64,000 bases of DNA from an uncultured Acinetobacter sp. (GCF_947493735.1 NZ_CANLSL010000007.1:1820-65819); one strand, 5' to 3'; shown: positions 23,657-33,594, counted from the stretch's first letter. Notes: generated by a model not told the origin, from the sequence alone. Program-made: numbers and translations.

Positions 23657-24271
23657 TTATTTGTTCTTTGTTAATGCAGGTATCCGACAGTCTGTATAAT
23701 CGGCAGGTTTTGGAATTTTCGGCAGAATAATATCTATACCGGGTAAAATGCCTTGTTTGTCTTTCCACTCTGCATCGGCTGACGGCACACGCTCACCACA
23801 CACCGCAACGATATTTCGACGATAGCTTTCATCCAAACCAACTTTGTCCGAGCCAATCATCATCAAGCCATTTGGTCCGAAAATCGGGGTAAAGACATAA
23901 CCGCCATGTTCAATATGGATGTCCTTAATCGGCACATTCAGCGTGGCACGATAAGCTTTATTGGTCATCAACTCGATCCACTGCGCAGACACTTGCCACT
24001 GCCCATCTCGACCGACGTCTTTTGGTGGTGAAAGCAAACTATTTCCTGCCCCGCCTCCATTACGCTCCGACATGGATTGATCTGCTGCACCTGCAATGAG
24101 CATTGGTGGCGTTTCTGCCAATGGCATTTCCATCGCATAGTGAGTCAAAATCACAGGAGTATTTTCATAGCTGTTAAAGCCTAAACCTAGATACAGCAGA
24201 TCGTGTGTTATGGTACAGGCACTGAGTAAAGTACAAGTGGCAAGCAAACTGATGGCTTTTTCCATTTTCAC
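23657..24271 (-). CDS. Putative lipoprotein of unknown function
   Basis: Lipobox 'LLATCTLLSAC'. 204 aa. No family recognised with confidence. Confidence 0.55.
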   Translation of the reverse strand: MKMEKAISLLATCTLLSACTITHDLLYLGLGFNSYENTPVILTHYAMEMPLAETPPMLIAGAADQSMSERNGGGAGNSLLSPPKDVGRDGQWQVSAQWIELMTNKAYRATLNVPIKDIHIEHGGYVFTPIFGPNGLMMIGSDKVGLDESYRRNIVAVCGERVPSADAEWKDKQGILPGIDIILPKIPKPADYTDCRIPALTKNK

Positions 24272-24328
24272 CGCTCCCTTTTTATTATTCTCTGCTTGAT
24301 GACATGATACAGTATAGCCATATCTCGA

Positions 24329-24344
24329 CGTTTCACGTGAAACA
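24329..24344. promoter_or_regulatory. parS-like ParB binding site
   Basis: CGTTTCACGTGAAACA matches 15/16 positions of TGTTNCACGTGAAACA. Intergenic. Confidence 0.75.
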
Positions 24345-24423
24345 TTTAGTAAGTGTGCAATAAAAACTCACCACCAAGATTGCCTTGATGATGAGCTTTT
24401 TAGATAAAAATCATAAGTAACAA

Positions 24424-25488
24424 TTAAGCGTCTGCTTTTTGCAGTGCAGGATAGTCGGTATAACCTTCCGCAGTACGTCCGTACAAGGTTTCTGGATTAA
24501 CTTGATTCAACGGTGCATTCTCAAGTAAACGCTGGTAAAGATCAGGATTAGCGATATAGGCTAAACCAAATGCCACTGCATCAGCTTTGTCCTCAGCAAG
24601 GATTTGTTTTGCAGATTCAGCGGTGAGCTTTTCATTGGCGATCCAAACACCTTTAAACTTGGCACGAAGCTCTGGACTCAAGCTATCTTCAGCTTGATAT
24701 TCACGAGCAAAGATAAATGCGATGCCACGTTGGCTGAGTTGTTCTACGACATAGCCAAAAGTTTCACTTGGGTTGGCATCACCCATGTCGTGCGCATCCA
24801 TACGTGGTGCAAGATGTACACCGACTCGACCTGCACCCCATACTTCGATAAAGGTATCAACCACTTCTAACAATAAACGCGCACGATTTTCGATCGCACC
24901 GCCATATTCATCATCACGCAGATTGGTTGAGCTTTGTAAGAATTGATCAATCAAATAACCGTTGGCAGCATGTAGTTCTACGCCATCGAAGCCTGCTTGT
25001 TTGGCAAGTGCTGCGGCATTTTTATAGTCTTGTACAATGCTTTTGATTTCATCGATCGACAATGGACGTGGCGTTTCATATGGACGTTTCGGACGAAGCA
25101 AACTGACATGACCATCAGCTTGCACTGCACTTGCAGATACAGGTGTTTCATCATTTAATAAGTCTGAATGAGAAATACGTCCCACATGCCATAGCTGAGC
25201 AAAAATTTTTGAACCTTGCTCATGTACTGCATCGACGACTTTTTTCCAGCCTGCGACTTGTTCTGCATTATATAAGCCAGGGGTGTGTTCATAGCCGACT
25301 GCCGTTGGACTGATTACAATCGCTTCGGTGAGCATCAATCCTGCATTGGCACGTTGCCGATAATATTCGACGTTCAGATCATTCGGGACACGAATCTCGC
25401 CAGAACGTGTACGTGTCATTGGTGAAAGCACCAAACGATTTGAAATCTCTACATCACCAACTTGTAACGGTGTATTTAACTCAGCCAT
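24424..25488 (-). CDS. Old Yellow Enzyme family NADH:flavin oxidoreductase (N-ethylmaleimide reductase-like)
   Basis: 354 aa with OYE motifs 'LSPMTR', 'FAQLWHVGR' and 'GFDGVELHAANGYLIDQF'. Confidence 0.88.
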   Translation of the reverse strand: MAELNTPLQVGDVEISNRLVLSPMTRTRSGEIRVPNDLNVEYYRQRANAGLMLTEAIVISPTAVGYEHTPGLYNAEQVAGWKKVVDAVHEQGSKIFAQLWHVGRISHSDLLNDETPVSASAVQADGHVSLLRPKRPYETPRPLSIDEIKSIVQDYKNAAALAKQAGFDGVELHAANGYLIDQFLQSSTNLRDDEYGGAIENRARLLLEVVDTFIEVWGAGRVGVHLAPRMDAHDMGDANPSETFGYVVEQLSQRGIAFIFAREYQAEDSLSPELRAKFKGVWIANEKLTAESAKQILAEDKADAVAFGLAYIANPDLYQRLLENAPLNQVNPETLYGRTAEGYTDYPALQKADA

Positions 25489-25507
25489 TTTGACCTCACA
25501 TGACGAC

Positions 25508-25810
25508 TTACAATGCGTCTTTTAAATATGCGATATATTGCTGAATTAAGTCTTCATTACGAGTGAAGTATGACCATTGTCCACGTTTATGCACAGTGAT
25601 CAGACCTGCTTGTTGTAACACCGAGAGATGATTGGACATGGTCGATTGCGACACACCACCAAGGCGTTCGATATGCCCTGCGCACATACTGCCTGGCACA
25701 ATACAGTCGTGCAATTCTACAGGGAGATACTGCTCTGGGGCACGTAACCACTGTAAAATCTGCCGACGAACTGGGTTTGCCAACGCCTTAAATATTGCCT
25801 CGGTATCCAT
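25508..25810 (-). CDS. ArsR/SmtB-family transcriptional regulator
   Basis: 100 aa with a winged helix-turn-helix ('ALANPVRRQILQWL', 'SQSTMSNHLSVLQQAGLI'). Immediately upstream of the OYE reductase. Confidence 0.85.
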   Translation of the reverse strand: MDTEAIFKALANPVRRQILQWLRAPEQYLPVELHDCIVPGSMCAGHIERLGGVSQSTMSNHLSVLQQAGLITVHKRGQWSYFTRNEDLIQQYIAYLKDAL

Positions 25811-25966
25811 AAATCTCTATCAATGATCGAAATGAATCAATTAATTCAGCACCTGAATACACTATATCGTAATTTTTCGATATTTAAATCTATTTTTTAC
25901 GATATAAATTCAAGATACTGAATTTATTTAATATTTAATTTGTAAAATGGATTTTACACAGATTGT

Positions 25967-27062
25967 TTACAATCCTTGCTTTAAACTCGCTTCAATAAAT
26001 TTATCCAAATCACCATCTAATACCGCTTTGGTATTTGAAGTTTCAATATTGGTGCGCAAATCTTTGATGCGTGAATCATCCAACACATAAGAGCGAATCT
26101 GACTACCCCAACCGATGTCTGACTTTGTATCTTCGAGCGCTTGCGCTGCTTCATTCCGCTTTTTCATCTCTAATTCATAGAGTTTCGCACGAAGCTGTTT
26201 CCACGCTGCATCACGGTTGGCATGTTGTGAACGCTGGTTTTGACACGCCACCACAATACCTGTTGGCGCATGAGTCAGACGCACTGCAGAATCGGTTTTG
26301 TTAATGTGCTGACCACCTGCACCCGAGGCACGATAGGTATCAGTCCGCACATCGGCTGGATTAATATCGATCTCAATATTGTCATCAATCTCAGGCGAAA
26401 CAAATACCGCAGAGAATGAAGTATGACGGTTATTATTACTGTCAAATGGTGACTTACGCACTAGACGATGCACACCAGACTCAGTACGCAACCAACCATA
26501 GGCAAACTCACCATCGACACGAATGGTTGCCGACTTAATCCCTGCCACATCGCCGTCTGATACTTCCATCAAATCAGCTTTGAAGCCGTGACGTTCGATC
26601 CAGCGCATATACATCCGAAGTAGCATCGATGCCCAATCCTGCGCCTCTGTACCACCTGAACCTGATTGAATCTCAACGAAACACGGATTCGGATCCATCG
26701 GATTGCTAAACATGCGTTGGAATTCTAATTTTTCTAAGGCTTGTTCTGCGGTATCAAGTTCTGCAGTGACATCTTCGAGCAGGCTTTCATCTTCTGCTTC
26801 TACTGCCAAATCAAGCATCGCCTGCGCATCGACCAACTGCTCAGCGAGCTGATCTAAGACACCGACACTATTTTCCAATGCGCCTTTTTCTTTGGCGATC
26901 GCTTGCGCACGCGCTTGATCATTCCAAATCGCAGGATCTTCTAATTCACGCAACACTTCTTCTAAGCGTTCTTTCTTCAGATCGTAGTCAAAGATACCCC
27001 CGTAACATATCACCACGATCGGTCAAATCTTTTAATCGAAGTACAAAAGGATTAATTTCCAT
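25967..27062 (-). CDS. prfB: Peptide chain release factor 2, requiring a programmed +1 frameshift
   Basis: Frame 0 reads [27 protein letters not shown] (27062-26988). The +1 frame continues '[12 protein letters not shown]...[16 protein letters not shown]' down to 25967. The total of about 364 aa matches RF2. Confidence 0.95.
26987..27001 (-). promoter_or_regulatory. RF2 autoregulatory +1 frameshift site
   Basis: The minus strand reads GGGGG TAT CTT TGA C: an internal SD-like GGGGG plus the slippery CTT-TGA-C, as in E. coli prfB. Confidence 0.9.
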
Positions 27063-27470
27063 AACTTAAACTGTCACAACACAAAAAAATTAGCGCATAT
27101 TTTAGCACATTACTTATCCAAGCTCATCATGCGAGATCGTGTATTAAAATAGGAAATTCACATTTAAAAAATTTCATTAAAAATGCAAATATTTCAAAAA
27201 TCGTATCAAAGTTTGTCCATAAAAATTGAAACTATTGATGAATATTTCATCAACAAAAGCATGGTATACATAGCATAACAATTCATTGATGAATCTTTAC
27301 ATTATTATTATATCAATATTTTCAATTAGTTATAATTTAATATTTCAACATTGTTACAGAAGTTACTACTTACCTTACACGACTTAACCAAGTAGATTTG
27401 ACGAGATAAAAATAACTCTTAAACTAGAAAATGTAACAAAAAATGTGAATTCCAAAATTTGGAGGATATT

Positions 27471-28256
27471 ATGAATAAGTTAACTCTTGCTACTGCCATT
27501 CTTGCAGCATCTACTTCTCTTGCGATGATCAATGCCAATGCATATCAATTTGAAGTTGGTGCAGGCGCAGGCTATCTTGACCCTGACAATGGCGACTCTG
27601 GTAGCCAATTTGATTTGGGCGGTACGTACTACTTCAATCCAGTTCAAGACAAAAATGCACCGCTTGCAGAAGCAGCTTTTGTAAACCGTGCAAGTAATGT
27701 GTCTGCTGGCGCAACTTTCCAAGATCAAGGTGAATCTGAGCACAACCGTTATGGCGCTGGTGTAGAATATTATGTGCCAAATTCTGACTTCTATGTTGGT
27801 GCTAACATCGCTCAAAATACATTTGAATATGATGATGTAGATTCTGATAACGATTTGACAACTTATGGCGTTGAAGTTGGTTACTTACCAGTACCAAACT
27901 TGTTGATCGCTGCAGGTGTCAAAGGTTATGAAGATGACCGTGACAACGATGGTGTAGATCCTACACTTCGTGCGAAATATGTCACTCAACTTGGCGATAA
28001 CGCTGTAAATCTTGAAGCGGGTGCATCTTTCGGTGACTTAGAAGAATTTAACCTTGCTGCCGATTACTTCATCGACAATACCTTTAGTATAGGTGCAGAT
28101 TACTATAGCAATGATCTAACTGATAACAGTGAATTCGGTATCAATGCACGTAAATTTATTTCACAACAAACTAGTCTTGAAGGTCGTGTAGGCTTTGGCG
28201 ATACTGGTGACAGTGACTATAATACATTTGGTATCGCTGCGAAACACCGTTTCTAA
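27471..28256 (+). CDS. Putative outer-membrane beta-barrel (porin-like) protein
   Basis: Signal peptide 'MNKLTLATAILAASTSLAMINANA', alternating beta-strand pattern, Gly/Asp/Tyr-rich, C-terminal '...AAKHRF' (terminal Phe). RBS GGAGGA. Confidence 0.7.
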   Translation: MNKLTLATAILAASTSLAMINANAYQFEVGAGAGYLDPDNGDSGSQFDLGGTYYFNPVQDKNAPLAEAAFVNRASNVSAGATFQDQGESEHNRYGAGVEYYVPNSDFYVGANIAQNTFEYDDVDSDNDLTTYGVEVGYLPVPNLLIAAGVKGYEDDRDNDGVDPTLRAKYVTQLGDNAVNLEAGASFGDLEEFNLAADYFIDNTFSIGADYYSNDLTDNSEFGINARKFISQQTSLEGRVGFGDTGDSDYNTFGIAAKHRF

Positions 28257-28282
28257 GCTTTAGCTGATTGTATTAATCACAA

Positions 28283-28309
28283 AAAACCGCTCTGATGAGC
28301 GGTTTTTTT
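28283..28309 (+). terminator. Intrinsic terminator after the porin-like gene
   Basis: AAAAAACCGCTC-TGAT-GAGCGGTTTTTTT. Confidence 0.8.
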
Positions 28310-28387
28310 ACGTCGATCGAATAATCAAAAACCCCCCAAGATGACTCTCAGGGATTTGTTAAAACGATTCACTGCGTCACGAGAACA

Positions 28388-28597
28388 TCAATCATCAAAA
28401 TCAAAACTGAGTTGTTCTTGATCGACATGCTGTTTGATGCGTTGCCTTAGAAATGGAAGTACATGCTGTCCAACATAACGCAATTCACGTCCATGCAAAC
28501 TAGCAATATCCTTCATTCGATCAAACTGCAAACACAGTTGTTTAAAGTCATGATCTGTTAAGGCTTCATTTACATTAAATTTTCTCATTTTCGACAT
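28388..28597 (-). CDS. Hypothetical 69-aa protein
   Basis: ATG preceded by GGAGA with about 7-nt spacing. No recognisable family. Lies in the non-coding-rich tract downstream of mnmE. Confidence 0.45.
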   Translation of the reverse strand: MSKMRKFNVNEALTDHDFKQLCLQFDRMKDIASLHGRELRYVGQHVLPFLRQRIKQHVDQEQLSFDFDD

Positions 28598-29368
28598 TTA
28601 AACATTCTCCGTATAATGAGATGCCTAAACACAAACGGAAAGATTTTTAGTAATTTTTAAAAGAATACAAAGCGACTTAAAAACAAACTTATCAATGAGA
28701 TAAGCATTCAATTGGTTCAATCCATAATAGAATTTGTTCAATATATCGAACATTTCTTTTTGACATTGAACCATTGGTTCACTATAGTTTCAGCTATAAG
28801 GTAATTATTGCGACGTATCGCAAGATATTGCCTAATATTGCAAAAAAGTGTTTTTAAGTCGCTTACAATTACTAAGTCCTCTTAGATTTGTGCCACTGAC
28901 GGCGGTTTAAAAGCATTTTTGACATGTAGTAACTAGTAATTACTTATGTCACCTAAAAGAGCTAGTGTACTAGTAATACATTGGCTCTTTTCTTTTGTAT
29001 TCACTGACTAGTATGTACTTGATTACTACAATACTGTACTGTGAACACGTTTGCTAATCTAAGCACGCCCACAAAATAAAAGCCAGCCAAAATTTATTAC
29101 ATTTATATCTAGCGCGACTGCTCTTGTCTTTATGATCTATTTATCACTATGTGCAGTTATATTAAGTTCAATCACTAAGTCTTTGGATTTATTATATCTT
29201 TTATTTAAACAAAAGGATAACCTATTAATTTAATTGAATAATTTTGTACCTTCGGTACATAAACTAAACTATTGTTAATAAATGTAAGCATATAATTTCA
29301 CTGCTTTTTACATTTAAAATTTGATTGAAAAAGATCAGGTTCGGCTCACAAATAACTCAATTTTTTTA

Positions 29369-30748
29369 TCATTTCCCAATACAGAACGATCCAAAGATTT
29401 TCCCAAGCAAATCATCTGCGCTAAATTCGCCTGTAATCTCGCCTAAGGCGTTTTGAGCAAGTCTGAGCGACTCCGCCACCAATTCACCTGCATGATAGTC
29501 TACAAGCTGTTCTCTTGCTTCTGCGAGATAGATTTGCGTGCGTTGCATGGCATCTAAGTGTCGTGTCCGTGCGATAAAGCTATCTTCTTCAGGTTGAAAG
29601 CCTGCATATTGGGTAATCACTTCGATCAAGTCATCAATACCAAGCTGTTGCTTCGCTGATAAGATTACACGTTTATAGCCGTCCAAACTGTCAACTTGTG
29701 GTGTCGCAGTGCTTAAATCACTTTTATTGGCAATCAGGATGAGATGCTTCGGATTCATATATTCCGCAAAGAATTGCTGCGCTAATGCAATCGGTTGTTG
29801 CTCTGCACTCATGTCATAGACAAATAAACGTAAATCCGCCTGCGCAATCTCTTTGTAGGCACGGCGAATGCCCTCTTGCTCCACCACATCACCTGTATCA
29901 CGCAGTCCTGCGGTATCAGTCAGAGTGATTGGTAAACCATTTAAGCTGATTTTTTCATGTAATACATCACGTGTCGTTCCTGCAATATCGGTGACAATCG
30001 CTCGATCATTTCCTGCTAAGGCATTGAGTAGACTTGATTTTCCTGCATTCGGCTTACCTGCGATCACCACTTGCAAACCTTCACGAAGCAATTGCCCTTG
30101 TTTGGCGGACAGTTGCACCTGTTTCACTGAAGATTGCACGTCTTCAAGCAATGCCAAAATTTTTCCATCTGCAAGAAAATCAATTTCTTCTTCAGGAAAA
30201 TCAATTGCCGCTTCCACGTGTAAACGCAGATGAATGAGTTTTTCTAAGACCTCATTGACTCGTAGTGAAAAAGCACCTTGTAATGAGCGCACCGCAGAAC
30301 GTGCCGCCGCCTGTGAAGTCGCATCAATCAAATCGGCTATGGCTTCGGCTTGGACCAAATCCATTTTGCCATTTTCAAAAGCACGCATGGAAAATTCGCC
30401 AGCTTTGGCAGCCGTTGCACCAAGCGACAAAACCCGAGCAAGCAAGGTGTTGAGAATGACTACACCACCATGCCCTTGAATCTCAACCACATCTTCCCCT
30501 GTGAATGAAGATGGATTGGCAAAGCATAGAATCAAACCTTCATCAAGCACTTCCCCTGTTTCATCAAAAAACTGACGAAATCCAGCCATACGCAGTTCAG
30601 GCAATTTTTTCTGCGTCAGTGCCTCAGCGATTTGAAAAGATTTTGAGCCTGATAAACGAATCAGCCCGACACCGCCACGCCCCGATGGTGTTGCTATCGC
30701 TGCAATCGTTGGTTGAGTGGCTTGAATTGGCGTGTTGGATTGGCTCAT
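29369..30748 (-). CDS. mnmE: tRNA modification GTPase MnmE (TrmE/ThdF)
   Basis: 459 aa. G-domain 'GKPNAGKSSLLNAL' and 'DTAGLR', plus the C-terminal 'FCIGK'. Confidence 0.96.
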   Translation of the reverse strand: MSQSNTPIQATQPTIAAIATPSGRGGVGLIRLSGSKSFQIAEALTQKKLPELRMAGFRQFFDETGEVLDEGLILCFANPSSFTGEDVVEIQGHGGVVILNTLLARVLSLGATAAKAGEFSMRAFENGKMDLVQAEAIADLIDATSQAAARSAVRSLQGAFSLRVNEVLEKLIHLRLHVEAAIDFPEEEIDFLADGKILALLEDVQSSVKQVQLSAKQGQLLREGLQVVIAGKPNAGKSSLLNALAGNDRAIVTDIAGTTRDVLHEKISLNGLPITLTDTAGLRDTGDVVEQEGIRRAYKEIAQADLRLFVYDMSAEQQPIALAQQFFAEYMNPKHLILIANKSDLSTATPQVDSLDGYKRVILSAKQQLGIDDLIEVITQYAGFQPEEDSFIARTRHLDAMQRTQIYLAEAREQLVDYHAGELVAESLRLAQNALGEITGEFSADDLLGKIFGSFCIGK

Positions 30749-30821
30749 GGTGAGATTCGCTTGATTTACAACAAAATAAGTTAAATGATTTTTTCATGAA
30801 TTGGCATTGATAGCCAGCATT

Positions 30822-30851
30822 AAAAAACCGCCTAGAAATCCTAGACGGTTT
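30822..30851 (-). terminator. Probable intrinsic terminator after yidC
   Basis: Minus-strand stem AACCGTCTAG/CTAGGCGGTT (one mismatch) followed by TTTTAA. Confidence 0.55.
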
Positions 30852-30870
30852 ATGCGGTTTTAAAAACAGC

Positions 30871-32595
30871 TTATTTCGCCGCTGTGCTTAAACCTTGTTT
30901 TTCAGCACTCTTATTGATAAACCATTGCTGCGCAATAGTAATCAAGTTGTTGACGATCCAGTACAACACCAAACCTGCAGGGAAGAACAGCAAGAATACA
31001 GTGAAAATAATCGGCATCAAACGGAAGACTTTCGCTTGCATTGGATCGGTCGGTTGTGGGTTCAACATCTGTTGGAAATACATGGTTGCACCCATGATCA
31101 GTGGCAAAATAAACCACGGATCCATCGCCGATAAATCTTGAATCCACAACATCCACGGCGCATGACGCAGTTCCACACTTTCCATCAATACCCAATATAA
31201 GGCAAGGAAAATCGGCATTTGCATCAACAGCGGTAAACAGCCTGACAACGGATTGACCTGTTCACGTTTATACAGCGCCATCATCTCTTGTGAGAAGCGC
31301 ATACGATCATCGCCAAACTCTTCTTTCATGCGTTGCATTTCAGGAGCGATCACACGCATCTTCGCCATTGAACGATAGCTTTTTGCAGAAAGTGGCCACA
31401 AAATCAATTTGACTAAAATAGTCAATAAGACAATTGCCCAGCCCCAGTTACCCACGATGTTGTGGAAGAATTCCAAGCCCCAGAACAATAGTTTTGCAAT
31501 CGGCCACAACCAACCATAGTCTACAGTTTGGTTTAGACCAGTTGCCAATTCTTTGAGTTCAGATTGGATTTTTGGACCAGAATACAAAGTTGCGCTAATG
31601 TCATATTGTTTGCCCGCAGGGACATTCACCAATGGCGAGCGGAAACCAATGATATGAACATTATCACTATTACGTGATTCGAGCTGCGCTGTATAGCTCT
31701 TATCTGGTACCCAAGCCGATACAAAATAATGTTGAACAATTGCAACCCAAGCTTCTTTGGCTTGTAGATTCAATTTTTCTTCATTGAAATTGTCAAATTT
31801 CAGCTTGTTATAATGTTCTTCAGGCGTACCCCAAGCACCACCCAAGAAAGTACCTAAAGTGAAAATGCCTTGATCAGATTTACCCGGATCTGGTGCATCA
31901 TCACGTTTCAGCTGACCAAACATCTGACCTTGCCAGTTGCCTGCACTGCGGTTGACGATACGATGTGTCACCTGAATTGGATATTCACCTGAAGTAAATT
32001 TGAAGATTTTAAAAATTTCCACGCCATCAGCGGTTTTATACACCATCGGCACTTCAAGGACTTTTTGTGCTTTATCATCTTTGCTCGTGGTCGTTTGAGC
32101 TTCGTCGATGGTATAACTGGTTTTATCCACTTCATACATCGGACGACTACGGCTATCAGGACCATTTGCTCCAATCAAACCAGACTGTGCAACGAAGATA
32201 TTTTTATCACTATGCAACATCACAAAAGGTTGATCGCTGTCTTTGCTCTTGTCATGCGACAACAGCTCTAAACGCACAATATCACCACCTTTTGGATCAA
32301 TCCAGACATTGTACATATCTGTCGTAACAGTGACTAACTGTTGTGAATTGGTAGTCGTCGCTACTGGTGTATTTGCTTGTGCAGTGGTGGCTTGCGGAAT
32401 ATCCGTAGCCGTTGTTGTCGCTTGCGCTTGTCCAGATGGAATATCAGATGATGATGTATTTGCACTTTGTACTGCGACAGCTTGTTGTGCTGTTTCAGCC
32501 TGCGCACCACCATAATCTTTTTGCCATGCCAAGATGAGCAAATAAGCCGTCACAAACATGGCACCGAGAATCGCAAATCGAGCCCATTGTTGCAT
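30871..32595 (-). CDS. yidC: Membrane protein insertase YidC
   Basis: 574 aa with a large periplasmic domain and the conserved C-terminal transmembrane core ('LPLLMQMPIFLALY'). Canonical position after yidD. Confidence 0.96.
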   Translation of the reverse strand: MQQWARFAILGAMFVTAYLLILAWQKDYGGAQAETAQQAVAVQSANTSSSDIPSGQAQATTTATDIPQATTAQANTPVATTTNSQQLVTVTTDMYNVWIDPKGGDIVRLELLSHDKSKDSDQPFVMLHSDKNIFVAQSGLIGANGPDSRSRPMYEVDKTSYTIDEAQTTTSKDDKAQKVLEVPMVYKTADGVEIFKIFKFTSGEYPIQVTHRIVNRSAGNWQGQMFGQLKRDDAPDPGKSDQGIFTLGTFLGGAWGTPEEHYNKLKFDNFNEEKLNLQAKEAWVAIVQHYFVSAWVPDKSYTAQLESRNSDNVHIIGFRSPLVNVPAGKQYDISATLYSGPKIQSELKELATGLNQTVDYGWLWPIAKLLFWGLEFFHNIVGNWGWAIVLLTILVKLILWPLSAKSYRSMAKMRVIAPEMQRMKEEFGDDRMRFSQEMMALYKREQVNPLSGCLPLLMQMPIFLALYWVLMESVELRHAPWMLWIQDLSAMDPWFILPLIMGATMYFQQMLNPQPTDPMQAKVFRLMPIIFTVFLLFFPAGLVLYWIVNNLITIAQQWFINKSAEKQGLSTAAK

Positions 32596-32600
32596 AATGT

Positions 32601-32921
32601 TTACCCTAAATGATTAAAAGCAGTTGAATTTTTTTGACGTTCACGCAAGGGTACATAAACGTAAGAGATTTGAGAATCAGAAAGTTGCAACGAAATACAT
32701 CGCAATGGCTTTTTCGGTACAGGATCATAGCCATGACCGCCCCACGGGTGACATCGACAAATACGTTTGGCGCTATAATACACACCTTTTGTTGCACCAT
32801 GAAGTTGGATTGCTTCAATTGCATACTGAGAGCATGTTGGAATATAACGACAACGTGGTCCGAGTAATGGACTAATCGCAATTTGATAAAATCGGATACA
32901 CCAATGAAGAAATTTTTGCAT
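32601..32921 (-). CDS. yidD: Membrane protein insertion efficiency factor YidD
   Basis: '[23 protein letters not shown]...HGATKG...[17 protein letters not shown]' is the YidD signature. It carries a roughly 30-aa C-terminal extension. Confidence 0.9.
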   Translation of the reverse strand: MQKFLHWCIRFYQIAISPLLGPRCRYIPTCSQYAIEAIQLHGATKGVYYSAKRICRCHPWGGHGYDPVPKKPLRCISLQLSDSQISYVYVPLRERQKNSTAFNHLG

Positions 32922-32932
32922 TGGTTAATACT

Positions 32933-33364
32933 CTATTGATTCGAAACAGATGGAAACGAAACAGATGGAGTCGAAACAGGAAGTGGATAATTTTGGCGCC
33001 GATGTTTGGCAAATTGTTTAGATAACTTCTGCCATGCCAATTGTAATTGTTGATGCAAATCTGCATTAGGTATGTTCTCTATACCCACTTTGGGTAAGAC
33101 CACAATATCTAGACCTGCCAAATCTCGTTGATGCAAACGAAAACTTTCACGGCTAATACGCTTGACACGATTTCTTTCGTGCGCACGTCGAACTTTCTTT
33201 TTTGCAACCACCAAGCCAATACGTGCCGAAGCAGTAGATGGCTTTGCTGTTGCAAGGATCAAAAAGCTAGCCTGGTGAACTTTAAATAAAGTGTGATCAA
33301 ATACGCCTGAAAAATCTTTAGCGCACAATAATCGCTGATCTGCTCCAAAAGGATAACGTGCCAT
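32933..33364 (-). CDS. rnpA: Ribonuclease P protein component
   Basis: The basic '[22 protein letters not shown]' RNR motif. Position is directly after rpmH. Confidence 0.9.
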   Translation of the reverse strand: MARYPFGADQRLLCAKDFSGVFDHTLFKVHQASFLILATAKPSTASARIGLVVAKKKVRRAHERNRVKRISRESFRLHQRDLAGLDIVVLPKVGIENIPNADLHQQLQLAWQKLSKQFAKHRRQNYPLPVSTPSVSFPSVSNQ

Positions 33365-33459
33365 ACGACTTCACAATTTATTCAAATCGCTAGCTTTGAT
33401 CGAGCTTTAACAACTCATCAAGCAAAGCTTTAGTCAGCAGAAACAGTATAATGCAAAGA

Positions 33460-33594
33460 TTATACTGTTAAGCTGTGACGACCTTTTGCACGACGACGAG
33501 CAAGCACTTGACGACCAGCTTTAGTAGCCATACGAGCGCGGAAACCGTGAACACGTTTACGTTTCAATTCACTTGGTTGGAATGTACGTTTCAT
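33460..33594 (-). CDS. rpmH: 50S ribosomal protein L34
   Basis: Hand translation of the minus strand gives [44 protein letters not shown] (44 aa). It is too short to appear in the ORF track. Confidence 0.93.

Noticed and set aside
28598-29368. Degraded genomic island, integrase remnant or toxin-antitoxin pair downstream of mnmE
   Set aside because: There is no integrase-like ORF, no second copy of the att repeat, and only one small ORF in the tract. The repeats are reported as findings, but an island cannot be supported.
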